A stretch of 64,000 nt of DNA, from IMG/VR virus record IMGVR_UViG_3300005201_000716. One strand, given 5' to 3'. Below the pieces are notes generated by a model. It was given only the letters and a program-made list of their open reading frames with translations, had not been told where the DNA came from and made no database searches. Position 1 is the first letter of the stretch, and every line of letters starts with the position of its first letter. This DNA comes from an uncultured virus (IMG/VR IMGVR_UViG_3300005201_000716) (Duplodnaviria > Heunggongvirae > Uroviricota > Caudoviricetes). The position numbers were made by a program, and so were the translations under genes. This document shows, in pieces, positions 19,570-28,503 of this stretch.

Positions 19570-19685
19570 TATTTGGTGGATTTATTGTCACATTTGGCCT
19601 TGCTATATGTTTAGTTTAGAGCGAATATGTGGTTACCGAAAGGGTGCCAAGCCCACGGAATACAAGGAAAACGGAGGTAACGAAC

Positions 19686-20744
19686 ATGAAAATCAATTAC
19701 AACGTAACTGGCGCAGAGCGCAAATCGCTGGTCGGCGCAATCAGCAAGGAACTGAACGCTCCGACAAAATACCTCGGAATGCCGACGGCGGCATACGAGG
19801 TGGGTGAATACACCATCGACAAGACCGGCACGGTAACCGGTCCCGACAATCCCTACTTAATTGAACACATTTCCGGCTCCTACAGCCTAACTCCGGAAAA
19901 CGTGGAGTACGACGCTCCGCCAACGGAAACAACAGAAAACCCGGAAGCGCCAGCCTTCGAGGATTTACAGCTTACAGAGCGCGAGGAACTGGGGCTTGGA
20001 CGTGAACGCCGCGATTATCCCGGCGAAGACGGGATGCAAGCAAGCGATGTTCCGGACGACGATGAGGAATGCCCCGACGTCGACCGACAGCAGCCTGACC
20101 ATTGTGCCGACCCGGACGCCCCGGTAACAGAGGAAACAGAGAATCAAGCCGAAGAATCTCCGCCGCCTGAAACGCACGGCAGTGAGAATGACAGCCTCAT
20201 AATCGAAATGCCGCTCACGGGTTTTACACCGGAAAAACTCGACAACCTCACAAAGTTGGTTGGCGCCAAGGCCCCGCTGCTCAAAGTGGCGCTCGGTGTG
20301 GATGACTTGCCGATACAACAAACTGAGGAAACGCTTCGGTTCCCTTGGTTCTGGCCGGAAAGCATTCTGACGGGCGAGGAGGTCACGGCTTACTCCACGC
20401 TTATCAGCCTACTTTGCAAAACAGCGAAGGAGAAAAAACGCGTCACCGCCAAAGAAAAAGAAGTCAAAAATCCGAAATTCGCCATGCGGTGCTTCCTGCT
20501 TTCACTCGGCTTTATCGGCGACGAGTACAAGGTTTCGAGAAAAATCCTGCTTTCCAAACTGGAAGGAAACTCAAGCTGGAAAAACGGTAAAAAAGCTGAT
20601 GCGCCGACCGAGATGGAGAATTTTAACACCGAAGGGATAGAAGCCGCTTTTAGCGAGGCACACACGCCGCCTGAAAACGTAGGCGCGTTAACTTACCCGG
20701 AAGATGGCGGCAGTTTTGAAAACGAGGTGACGGATGGTGAATGA
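19686..20744 (+). CDS. phage 'virulence-related' protein with acidic insert
   Basis: NVTGAERKSLV..I..., YLGMPT.AY N-terminus; NPKFAMRCFLLSLGFIG C-terminus; own promoter at 19600. Confidence 0.75.
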   Translation: MKINYNVTGAERKSLVGAISKELNAPTKYLGMPTAAYEVGEYTIDKTGTVTGPDNPYLIEHISGSYSLTPENVEYDAPPTETTENPEAPAFEDLQLTEREELGLGRERRDYPGEDGMQASDVPDDDEECPDVDRQQPDHCADPDAPVTEETENQAEESPPPETHGSENDSLIIEMPLTGFTPEKLDNLTKLVGAKAPLLKVALGVDDLPIQQTEETLRFPWFWPESILTGEEVTAYSTLISLLCKTAKEKKRVTAKEKEVKNPKFAMRCFLLSLGFIGDEYKVSRKILLSKLEGNSSWKNGKKADAPTEMENFNTEGIEAAFSEAHTPPENVGALTYPEDGGSFENEVTDGE

Positions 20745-21153
20745 AATAATATCAAAAGGCGCTCTCGAGGCGCGCCGGGCGCAATACGCGCCCGGCGCAC
20801 GGGTGGAGCTCATTTCTATGAGCGACCCGTATACTAATTTGAAACCCGGCGAAAAGGGCTGGGTTACAGCAGTTGATGCCATAGGTACGGTTTTTGTGGA
20901 TTGGGACAACGGCTCTGCGCTCGGAGCCGCATATGGCGCCGACGAGATTAGGTTGCTTACCAAAGCCGAGGTCATTAAGGAACAATGCCGCAAAGTGGCG
21001 GCGACGGCTCGGACAAATATGTTCAACACGAAAGCGGTGTTCGAGATTGCTGTTGAGATGGGGTTTGACGAATTGGCGGACTTCATCTTTATGAACACCA
21101 AGAGTTACGGCGCCCTGATTCTGACCGGCGAACTGGACGACACGGAAATATAA
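20734..21153 (+). CDS. DUF4314 + DUF5049-like fusion protein
   Basis: Y.PG.RVEL.SM.DPY, VD..GT..V.WDNGS.LG; C-terminal TNMF...V..IA..MGF.EL. Confidence 0.75.
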   Translation: MVNEIISKGALEARRAQYAPGARVELISMSDPYTNLKPGEKGWVTAVDAIGTVFVDWDNGSALGAAYGADEIRLLTKAEVIKEQCRKVAATARTNMFNTKAVFEIAVEMGFDELADFIFMNTKSYGALILTGELDDTEI

Positions 21154-21317
21154 GAACTCCTGTAAATTACACAATTCCCGCTTCGATATCAGCCTGAATA
21201 TTTGTCACATTTATGTCGCCTTTATTTTCACATATGGCCTTGCTATTAATCCGCTTTAGAGTGATATATGTGTATGCCGCAAGGCAAACAAAAACACTCT
21301 CGAAAGGGGAAAACGCA

Positions 21318-22217
21318 ATGTTTACACAAAAATTCGGAATCGAAATCGAATTCACTGGAATCACAAGGAACGAGGCGGCGAAGGTAGCCGCCGAGTACCT
21401 CGGAGGAACGGTCACAAACGCGGGCGATTATTACGGCACCCAAAAGGTAACGGCGCCTGACGGCAGGGTTTGGAAGTTTATGAGCGACGGCTCAATTGCC
21501 TGCCACCGCAGGGAAAACCGCCAAAAGGTCAGCGCGGGCAGGGAGTACAGCGTGGAGTTGGTAAGCCCCATCCTCACCTACCGCGAGGACATCGGAACGG
21601 TTCAGAAATTGGTCAGGCGGCTCCGCAAAGCCGGAGCTTTCGCAAACGAAAGCTGCGGTATCCACATTCACTTAGACGGCGCGCCGCACACGCCGAGGAG
21701 CATCCGCAACTTTATGAACATCATCGCGAGCAAGAACGACCTTTTTTACAAAGCCCTGCAGATTGCCCCTGAGCGGATGAGATATTGCAAAAAGATGGAT
21801 GAGTATTTGGTGAGCAAGATGAACAGCCGCAAGCCCAAAACCATAAGGGCGATTGAAGAGATTTGGTACGCGGGATACAGCGATAACCGCCAAACCCACT
21901 ACCACGACAGCCGCTACCATTTTTTGAACCTCCACAGCTTTTTCACCGGCAACCACACGGTCGAGCTTAGAGGCTTCAACAGCGAATTACACGCCGGCAA
22001 GGTGCGAAGCTACATTGTTTTAGCCCTTGCCCTTAACAATCAGGCGCTCACCCAAAAGAGCGCCTCGGCAAGGAAGCCGCAAACCGAAAACGAAAAATTC
22101 GCGATGAGAACCTACCTCAACCGCATCGGATTTATCGGCGAGGAATTTGCAAACTGCAGAGAACATTTGACCGCCAACCTTGACGGCTCGGCGGCCTGGC
22201 GATTTCGGGCAGCCTGA
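21318..22217 (+). CDS. amidoligase-2 family (COOH-NH2 ligase)
   Basis: FGIEIE, WKFMSDGSI, VELVSP, SCGIHIH, RYHFLN, TVELRGF. Confidence 0.9.
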   Translation: MFTQKFGIEIEFTGITRNEAAKVAAEYLGGTVTNAGDYYGTQKVTAPDGRVWKFMSDGSIACHRRENRQKVSAGREYSVELVSPILTYREDIGTVQKLVRRLRKAGAFANESCGIHIHLDGAPHTPRSIRNFMNIIASKNDLFYKALQIAPERMRYCKKMDEYLVSKMNSRKPKTIRAIEEIWYAGYSDNRQTHYHDSRYHFLNLHSFFTGNHTVELRGFNSELHAGKVRSYIVLALALNNQALTQKSASARKPQTENEKFAMRTYLNRIGFIGEEFANCREHLTANLDGSAAWRFRAA

Positions 22218-22255
22218 GCTGCCCGTTGGGAAAAAGCGAAAGGAGCGTAATAAAA

Positions 22256-22735
22256 ATGAGTAAAGGATACAAATATTACATCGCATACGGTTCAAACTTG
22301 AACCAACCGCAAATGGCGAACCGCTGCCCCACGGCACGGCTCGCCGGGGCATCTGAAATGAACGGCTACCGCCTCTTGTTCAGAGGCGCGCACGCGGGCG
22401 CTGTGGCGACCGTGGAGCCGCACAAAGGCGGTAGCGTACCCGTATTGGTATGGGAGATAACGCCCGATGACGAGGCGGCGCTCGACCATTACGAGGGCTT
22501 CCCGTTTCTCTACCGCAAGGAAAAGGTTAAGGTCAAGTTAGACGGTAAAACGGTCACGGCAATGGTTTATATTATGAACGTGGAAATGCCCGCGGACTGT
22601 TACCGGCCGCTCGGACAGCCAAGCGCATATTATTACACAGTCATCCTCGAAGGTTACAAGGACGTGGGCTTCGACATTGATATCCTGCGGAAAGCCACCA
22701 CCGATTCAGCGGAAATAGAACATGTAATTTCTTAA
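22256..22735 (+). CDS. gamma-glutamylcyclotransferase (AIG2-like)
   Basis: YIAYGSNL..QM..RCP, LDHYEGFP.LY. Confidence 0.92.
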   Translation: MSKGYKYYIAYGSNLNQPQMANRCPTARLAGASEMNGYRLLFRGAHAGAVATVEPHKGGSVPVLVWEITPDDEAALDHYEGFPFLYRKEKVKVKLDGKTVTAMVYIMNVEMPADCYRPLGQPSAYYYTVILEGYKDVGFDIDILRKATTDSAEIEHVIS

Positions 22736-22883
22736 GGTTTATGCCGCTTTTGTATCAAATTCTCCTGCAATTTTTCAAGGTTTATTTCCACATAATACCT
22801 TGCTATAGTGTGTACCTTATGGCAATATGCGTATACCGAAAGGGGAAAACCTACGGAATACAAAAAAAATGGAGGAAACGAAC

Positions 22884-23237
22884 ATGAAGCTTATCGAAAT
22901 TGCAGATGAACAGAAAGACCTTTTAAACGAGGATAGGAACGCCCACTTCGCAGTCTGGCAGGAGACACAGAAAGACGGCAAACGCGGTTGGTTCACACTG
23001 GATATTCTCTTGTTTGACGATTACGATGACATTGCTGGGGAAAAAAGACACCTCGCGGAAATAGTTACGAGCGATAGCAACGCGATTTTACTAACCGGCT
23101 CCTGCTTTGCCGAGTTTGGCTCGGCAGACGAACCGCTGAGTGCCGCGAACGTTGCCAAAGGTATCAAAAAACACTACCTTACGCACGACGCGCTTATCAG
23201 CGATTACCTTAAGAGCGAAGAACTCAGAGCATTTTAG
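22884..23237 (+). CDS. acidic hypothetical cassette protein
   Basis: own promoter (22800), RBS GGAGG, followed by the conserved hairpin. Confidence 0.8.
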   Translation: MKLIEIADEQKDLLNEDRNAHFAVWQETQKDGKRGWFTLDILLFDDYDDIAGEKRHLAEIVTSDSNAILLTGSCFAEFGSADEPLSAANVAKGIKKHYLTHDALISDYLKSEELRAF

Positions 23238-23464
23238 AGTGAGAAACAAAAACCACGAAAACAACCGAGGCAGACCCGAAAGGGGCTGTTCCTCGTATAA
23301 ATAGAGTTTCAAAGCCACTGTTATTATATACAAATATGGCGGCTTTTATTGCGCGGATGATTGGTGGATTTATTTTCACATATGGCCTTGCTATTAATCC
23401 CGATTAGAGCGAATATGTGTGTACGCCGCAAGGCACACAACATTTTTTCAAGGAGGTCATCACC

Positions 23465-23677
23465 ATGACAAACCAACTTCATCTGAACCAAACGGTACGC
23501 AACTTTGGCATCCTTGCCAAGATAACCGGTTTCCACGAAATCACGGGTGACCCGATACTCCGCCCGCTCTGGAACGACGGCGCCAAATGGCTCGCCGACG
23601 CCGCCAAATGCGAGCCAGTGGACGAAACAACCACCGAGGTTTTACGGCACAAAGACGGTTTGGTAAGCATCGGATAA
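23465..23677 (+). CDS. small hypothetical cassette protein
   Basis: own promoter (23388), RBS AAGGAGGT. Confidence 0.8.
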   Translation: MTNQLHLNQTVRNFGILAKITGFHEITGDPILRPLWNDGAKWLADAAKCEPVDETTTEVLRHKDGLVSIG

Positions 23678-23959
23678 GCCGGGGCTCACAGTCAAGCCAA
23701 CCGTCGAGAAACAGCCCAAAATGGGCTGTTTCTCGTATAAATAGGGTTTTATAGGAGGCTTCAGTGGAGGTCTTTTTTATTGTTGTTTTACATAACCTAC
23801 AATTTCTTAAGATATTTGCCATTTTTGCGCCCGTATCTCCTGCAGTTTCTCAAGGTTTATTTTCACATATGGCCTTGCTATAGTGTGTATCCTATGGCAA
23901 TATGCGTATACCGAAAGGGAAAACCCCACGGAATACAAAGATGAACGGAGGAAACGAAA

Positions 23960-24223
23960 ATGACAAACAAAACACAGAACAACCTGACAAACGCTTTTAT
24001 TAAGGCACTGAAGTATTACGATGAGGATTTCACAGAAACACCGGTACTAAAAAAGAGAGTTAGGCGCGCAATCCTTGAAACACCGAGATGCGAAGGATAC
24101 TTAAGCGACATCCTTAAAACAGCGATCGGCGATGTGTATACGGACGGAGATTGCTACGAATTAGCAAAAAATATTTGGATGGATAACAGCCGGATTTTAC
24201 CACCTACAAAAAAATACGCATAA
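23960..24223 (+). CDS. small hypothetical cassette protein
   Basis: own promoter (23875), RBS GGAGG. Confidence 0.8.
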   Translation: MTNKTQNNLTNAFIKALKYYDEDFTETPVLKKRVRRAILETPRCEGYLSDILKTAIGDVYTDGDCYELAKNIWMDNSRILPPTKKYA

Positions 24224-24441
24224 CAAAGAATAACACAGTAATCGAAGCGAATAGCCCTAATCAGGGCTATGCCTCGTAACTGACGAACCGCTGTAATATA
24301 CACAATTACAGCGGCTGTGTATCTTAATATATTTGTTGAATATATTATCTCATATTGCCTTGCTATATATCCGGTTTAGAGCGAATATGTGTATGCGGAC
24401 GGGAAAACCGCCGCAAATAAACAAAAACGGAGGAAGGGAAA

Positions 24442-24663
24442 ATGAGAGGAACGGTCAGAAACGGCGGATGCGTAAGCCAGTCGACCTACAGCGCGCTTCA
24501 GGCGCGCAGGCGCAAAGACACGGCGGAGTACATTATCCACGAAGGCAAACGCTACGAATACCGCAGCGACACACAGATTTTCAGGCACGATGCTACAAGG
24601 CTCACACGGATTAAAAAAGCCGAATGGCTCGCAATCAAAGCACAGCATAAGGAGGAGAAGTAA
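24442..24663 (+). CDS. small basic hypothetical cassette protein
   Basis: own promoter (24360), RBS GGAGG. Confidence 0.7.
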   Translation: MRGTVRNGGCVSQSTYSALQARRRKDTAEYIIHEGKRYEYRSDTQIFRHDATRLTRIKKAEWLAIKAQHKEEK

Positions 24664-24900
24664 ATGTGGTCAGAAGGAATCATCGCAAGCCCGACGACGG
24701 GCAACAAGTACAAGTATTGGGTCAAGCACTACGAGGAAGGCTCGGAATTCGGGATTGACGGAGGTAAGGTAAGCAAACTCACCATCCGCAAGGTTGGCGA
24801 AACCAAAGACCTTGTCAACTACGACAGAGGTTGGGACGTTTTGCCAAAGGGAGACGAGATTACGGTAGTTTACAACATCGTCAAATCCAAGTACAACTAA
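24664..24900 (+). CDS. conserved small Firmicutes-phage protein
   Basis: MW.EG.I, YWVKHYEEGS.FGIDGGKVSKL, NYDRGWD motifs; RBS AAGGAGG. Confidence 0.85.
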   Translation: MWSEGIIASPTTGNKYKYWVKHYEEGSEFGIDGGKVSKLTIRKVGETKDLVNYDRGWDVLPKGDEITVVYNIVKSKYN

Positions 24901-24909
24901 AAATGAAAA

Positions 24910-25580
24910 CAACGGAGGTTCACCCCGAAAGGGGCTGTTCCTCGTATAAATAGAATTTTGGAAGGGACTTCTGCGGGAGTCTTTTTAATTTCAATTTTAT
25001 TATGTGCAATTTCTCAAGGTATTAGTCACTTTTTCGCTCATATCTCCTGCAATTTTTCAAGGTTTATTTTCACATATGGCCTTGCTATAGTGTGTATCTT
25101 ATGGCAATATGCGTATACCGAAAGGGAAAACAAAAAAAGACAAGGAGGAAACGAAAATGACGAAATTTGAAGTAGGTTATGCAATGATAGTTGATGGAAA
25201 GAAGGTAACACGCACAATTAATGTGTACGCCGAAAATAGGCTGATGGCAAAACTCGAAGCCCGAAAGAAAGCACCGAAGTTTAAAGACGATTTCGAATGG
25301 GTCATTGAGCTCAAAGATTAATCGAAAGCAACGGAGGTTCACCCCGAAAGGGGCTGTTCCTCGTATAAATAGAATTTTGGAAGGGACTTCTGCGGGAGTC
25401 TTTTAATTTCAATTTTATTATGTGCAATTTCTCAAGGTATTAGTCGCTTTTTCGCCAATATCTCCTGCAATTTTTCAAGGTTTATTTTCACATATGGCCT
25501 TGCTATAGTGTGTACCCTATGGCAATATGAACATACCGAAAGGGAAAACACACAAAAAAACAAGGAGGAAACGAAAATGA
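24910..25580 (+). repeat. two near-identical ~250-bp intergenic direct repeats (24910-25160 and 25329-25580)
   Basis: each copy = hairpin + terminator + promoter + RBS + ATGA; only a few substitutions and indels. Confidence 0.95.
25157..25321 (+). CDS. 54-aa hypothetical cassette protein
   Basis: promoter 25082, RBS AAGGAGG. Confidence 0.75.
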   Translation: MTKFEVGYAMIVDGKKVTRTINVYAENRLMAKLEARKKAPKFKDDFEWVIELKD

Positions 25581-25747
25581 AATTTTACTTAAACAACAAG
25601 AAGGTCAGCCGGAAAGCCCTCGAAGAGAAATTTGGCAAAGAAAAGATAGCCCAACGCATTAAGGAAGCCAAAGAAACTTGGAGCGAAGACCCCTTGACAG
25701 AGGTTTCATGGGCAGACGGAATGAGAATTGAACACGGGCTTTACTAA
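25577..25747 (+). CDS. 56-aa hypothetical cassette protein
   Basis: promoter 25500, RBS AAGGAGG. Confidence 0.75.
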   Translation: MKFYLNNKKVSRKALEEKFGKEKIAQRIKEAKETWSEDPLTEVSWADGMRIEHGLY

Positions 25748-25875
25748 AAAAGAAACAGCAAAGCGAAAACAGCCGAGGCAGACCCCCAACGGGGCTGTTC
25801 CTCGTATAAATAAATTGTTGAACGAGACTTCCACGGGGGGTCTTTTTTAATTGCGCCGAAAGGAGAGCGGCCGCC

Positions 25876-28503
25876 ATGCGAAAACTGGAAAAATATGAAC
25901 CAACATTATATATGGCTGACGGCTCGGCTTACGACAAGACCGCCGCCGACAAAGCCGTCAGCTTCATTGAGTGCTTGAAACACACCAAAGGCGAATGGTA
26001 CGGGCGAAACTTTGAGCTCATCGACTGGCAGGAGCAAATTATCCGTGACGTTTTCGGCATCCTCAAACAAAACGGTTACCGTCAGTTTAACACGGCGTAT
26101 GTCGAAATACCAAAGAAGCAGGGCAAACAACTCGCTTTAGATACGCTTATTCCAACGCCAGACGGGTTTAAAACAATGGGTATAATCGAAGTTGGTGACA
26201 CGGTGTTTGACGAATGTGGCCGGCCTTGTCAGGTAGTGGCAAAAAGCGCTGTGGATTACTCTGAGCGAGCTTATCGGATTACCTTTAAGGACGGCGCTGT
26301 TATTGAGGCAGGTGAGAATCATCAATGGTACGGTGAGTATACGCACGGTAAGCCTCGTCATCACATTTTTACCACCGGAGAATTATATCGTTTACCGCGC
26401 GAAGGTAATTGTCTGCGGTTTAGGATACCCATTGCCGCCGCTATTGAAACATCAGATGCCATCCTGCCTGTAGAACCATACCTTTTCGGTTATTGGCTTG
26501 GTAATGGAAATGCTGTAAAACCGGAAATTACTATTAAAACGGACGACACTGCGGCTGTGTTGCGTCACATTATCTATAAGAATGAAATCTCCGGCGCTTG
26601 GGAAAATATCGGCGACAGCTTGGTTTTTCGAATTCCAGCGTTGAAAGATATATTGCTTAACAGTTTTCGCGATAAAGTAATCCCGCATATATACCTACGC
26701 GCGTCCAAATCACAACGCTTCAAGCTATTACAAGGACTTATGGATTCAGATGGCGCGGTCAGCGAGCGAAAAGGGCAGGCGATATATACATCCACTGAAA
26801 AGGCACTGGCAAACAGTGTCAGTGAATTACTGTGGAGTCTCGGTATAAAAAACGCGGTTACCACTGCCGCGTCTACTCAGCGCGCGGACTGGTCAAAGCC
26901 GAGTGTCGAATGCGGTAGAGTATCGACGGGCGAAACACTATATTATGTAAAATTCACCGCTTTTGACGACCTTCCGGTATCTGGTATTTATCGTAAGCTA
27001 ATACGGTCGGTTTCCCGAAACCCACATACACGGAGTCATTATCGATATATTGATAAGATTGAAGCTATTGCAAACAATGGAATGCAGTGTATACAAGTCG
27101 ATAGCCCGTCCAGCCTCTATTTGGTAGGACGTTCCTTTGTCCCCACACATAATAGCGAGCTCGCGGCGGCCGTCGCGCTCTTGCTTACCTGCGGCGATTT
27201 CGAACACGGCGGTGAGGTGTACGGCTGCGCGTCCGACCGCCAACAGGCGAGCATCGTCTTTGACGTAGCGGTGAAGATGGTGGAACAATGTCCGGCGCTT
27301 AAAAATCGTGTCAAGCTGATGATATCCACAAAACGGATCGTATATAAGCCGCTTGGTTCTTTTTATCAAGTGCTTTCGGCGGAGGCTTATACAAAACACG
27401 GACTGAACGTCCACGGCGTGGTTTTCGATGAGCTCCACAGCCAACCGGACAGGAAACTGTTTGACGTTATGACCCACGGCTCCGGCGACGCCCGGAAACA
27501 ACCGCTGTACTTTTTGATTACCACAGCGGGGACGGATACACATTCAATCTGCTATGAACAGCATCAAAAGGCAAAGGATATCCTCGAAGGCAGGAAAACC
27601 GACGCCGCGTTTTACCCGCTGATATACGGCGCGGAGGATACCGAGGACTGGACGAGCGAAGCGGTCTGGCGAAAAGCCAATCCTTCACTCGGTATAACGG
27701 TGGAAATAGATAAAATCCAATCCGCCTGCGAATCGGCAAGGCAGAATCCCGCGGAGGAGAACTTGTTCCGGCAATTACGGCTCAATCAGTGGGTAAAACA
27801 ATCCATCCGCTGGATGCCTATGGAAAAATGGGACAAATGCAATTTCCCTGTGGACGCCGCCGCGTTGGAAGGACGCGTCTGTTACGGCGGATTGGATTTA
27901 TCCTCCACCATCGACGTTACGGCGTTTGTGCTGGTGTTCCCGCCTGTTGACGAGGATGATAAATACACCGTCCTTCCCTATTTCTGGCTGCCTGAAGATA
28001 ATCTACCGCTGCGCGTCAAACGCGACCATGTCCAGTATGACGTGTGGGAAAAACAAGGTTATTTAAAAACCACGGAAGGAAATGTTGTTCATTACGGCTT
28101 TATAGAGGGCTTTATTGACGAGTTAGGCGCTAAATATAACATCCGTGAGATTGCCTTTGACCGCTGGGGCGCGGTGCAGATGACACAAAACCTTGAGGGC
28201 TTGGGCTTCACTGTGGTTCCTTTCGGTCAGGGCTTCGCGAGTATGTCGCCGCCGACTAAGGAATTGATGAAGCTGACATTTGAGGAGAAAATCGCCCACG
28301 GCGGCCATCCCGTGTTGAGGTGGATGATGGATAACATATTTGTCCGTACCGATCCAGCCGGCAACATCAAGCCGGATAAGGAAAAGTCCACAGAGAAGAT
28401 AGACGGCGCCGTGGCGCTGATAATGGCGCTCGACAGGGCTATCCGCTGTGGCGGTCAAACGGTCGGCAGTGTTTATGACGAGAGAGGCGTGATTTTTATA
28501 TGA
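25876..28503 (+). CDS. terL: terminase large subunit interrupted by an intein (533-aa extein)
   Basis: Walker A PKKQGK|SE split by the intein, VVFDELH, ITTAG, GLDLSST, KIDGAVA. Confidence 0.97.
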   Translation: MRKLEKYEPTLYMADGSAYDKTAADKAVSFIECLKHTKGEWYGRNFELIDWQEQIIRDVFGILKQNGYRQFNTAYVEIPKKQGKQLALDTLIPTPDGFKTMGIIEVGDTVFDECGRPCQVVAKSAVDYSERAYRITFKDGAVIEAGENHQWYGEYTHGKPRHHIFTTGELYRLPREGNCLRFRIPIAAAIETSDAILPVEPYLFGYWLGNGNAVKPEITIKTDDTAAVLRHIIYKNEISGAWENIGDSLVFRIPALKDILLNSFRDKVIPHIYLRASKSQRFKLLQGLMDSDGAVSERKGQAIYTSTEKALANSVSELLWSLGIKNAVTTAASTQRADWSKPSVECGRVSTGETLYYVKFTAFDDLPVSGIYRKLIRSVSRNPHTRSHYRYIDKIEAIANNGMQCIQVDSPSSLYLVGRSFVPTHNSELAAAVALLLTCGDFEHGGEVYGCASDRQQASIVFDVAVKMVEQCPALKNRVKLMISTKRIVYKPLGSFYQVLSAEAYTKHGLNVHGVVFDELHSQPDRKLFDVMTHGSGDARKQPLYFLITTAGTDTHSICYEQHQKAKDILEGRKTDAAFYPLIYGAEDTEDWTSEAVWRKANPSLGITVEIDKIQSACESARQNPAEENLFRQLRLNQWVKQSIRWMPMEKWDKCNFPVDAAALEGRVCYGGLDLSSTIDVTAFVLVFPPVDEDDKYTVLPYFWLPEDNLPLRVKRDHVQYDVWEKQGYLKTTEGNVVHYGFIEGFIDELGAKYNIREIAFDRWGAVQMTQNLEGLGFTVVPFGQGFASMSPPTKELMKLTFEEKIAHGGHPVLRWMMDNIFVRTDPAGNIKPDKEKSTEKIDGAVALIMALDRAIRCGGQTVGSVYDERGVIFI
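26128..27153 (+). mobile_element. 342-aa class-3 intein with LAGLIDADG homing-endonuclease domain
   Basis: starts QLALDT, block B ENHQW, block F MQCIQVD, ends PTHN|S; EN motifs GYWLGNG and LQGLMDSDG. Confidence 0.92.

Larger units (their letters stand above)
19581..25576 (+). promoter_or_regulatory. family of repeated promoter-like elements (CCTTGCTAT...)
   Basis: TTGCTA at 19600, 21240, 22800, 23388, 23875, 24360, 25082, 25500 (and 58554), with conserved AT-rich upstream tract and downstream (G)AATATG/ATATATG. Confidence 0.85.
23266..25848 (+). repeat. family of conserved 3' hairpins (...GGGGCTGTTCCTCGTATAAATA), usually followed by a terminator
   Basis: copies at 23266, 23705, 24243, 24913, 25332, 25774 (and 59152). 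Confidence 0.9.

Noticed and set aside
22760..25860. True integron
   Set aside because: No IntI tyrosine recombinase is present, the cassettes carry their own promoters, and the hairpins lack the RYYYAAC/GTTRRRY attC ends.
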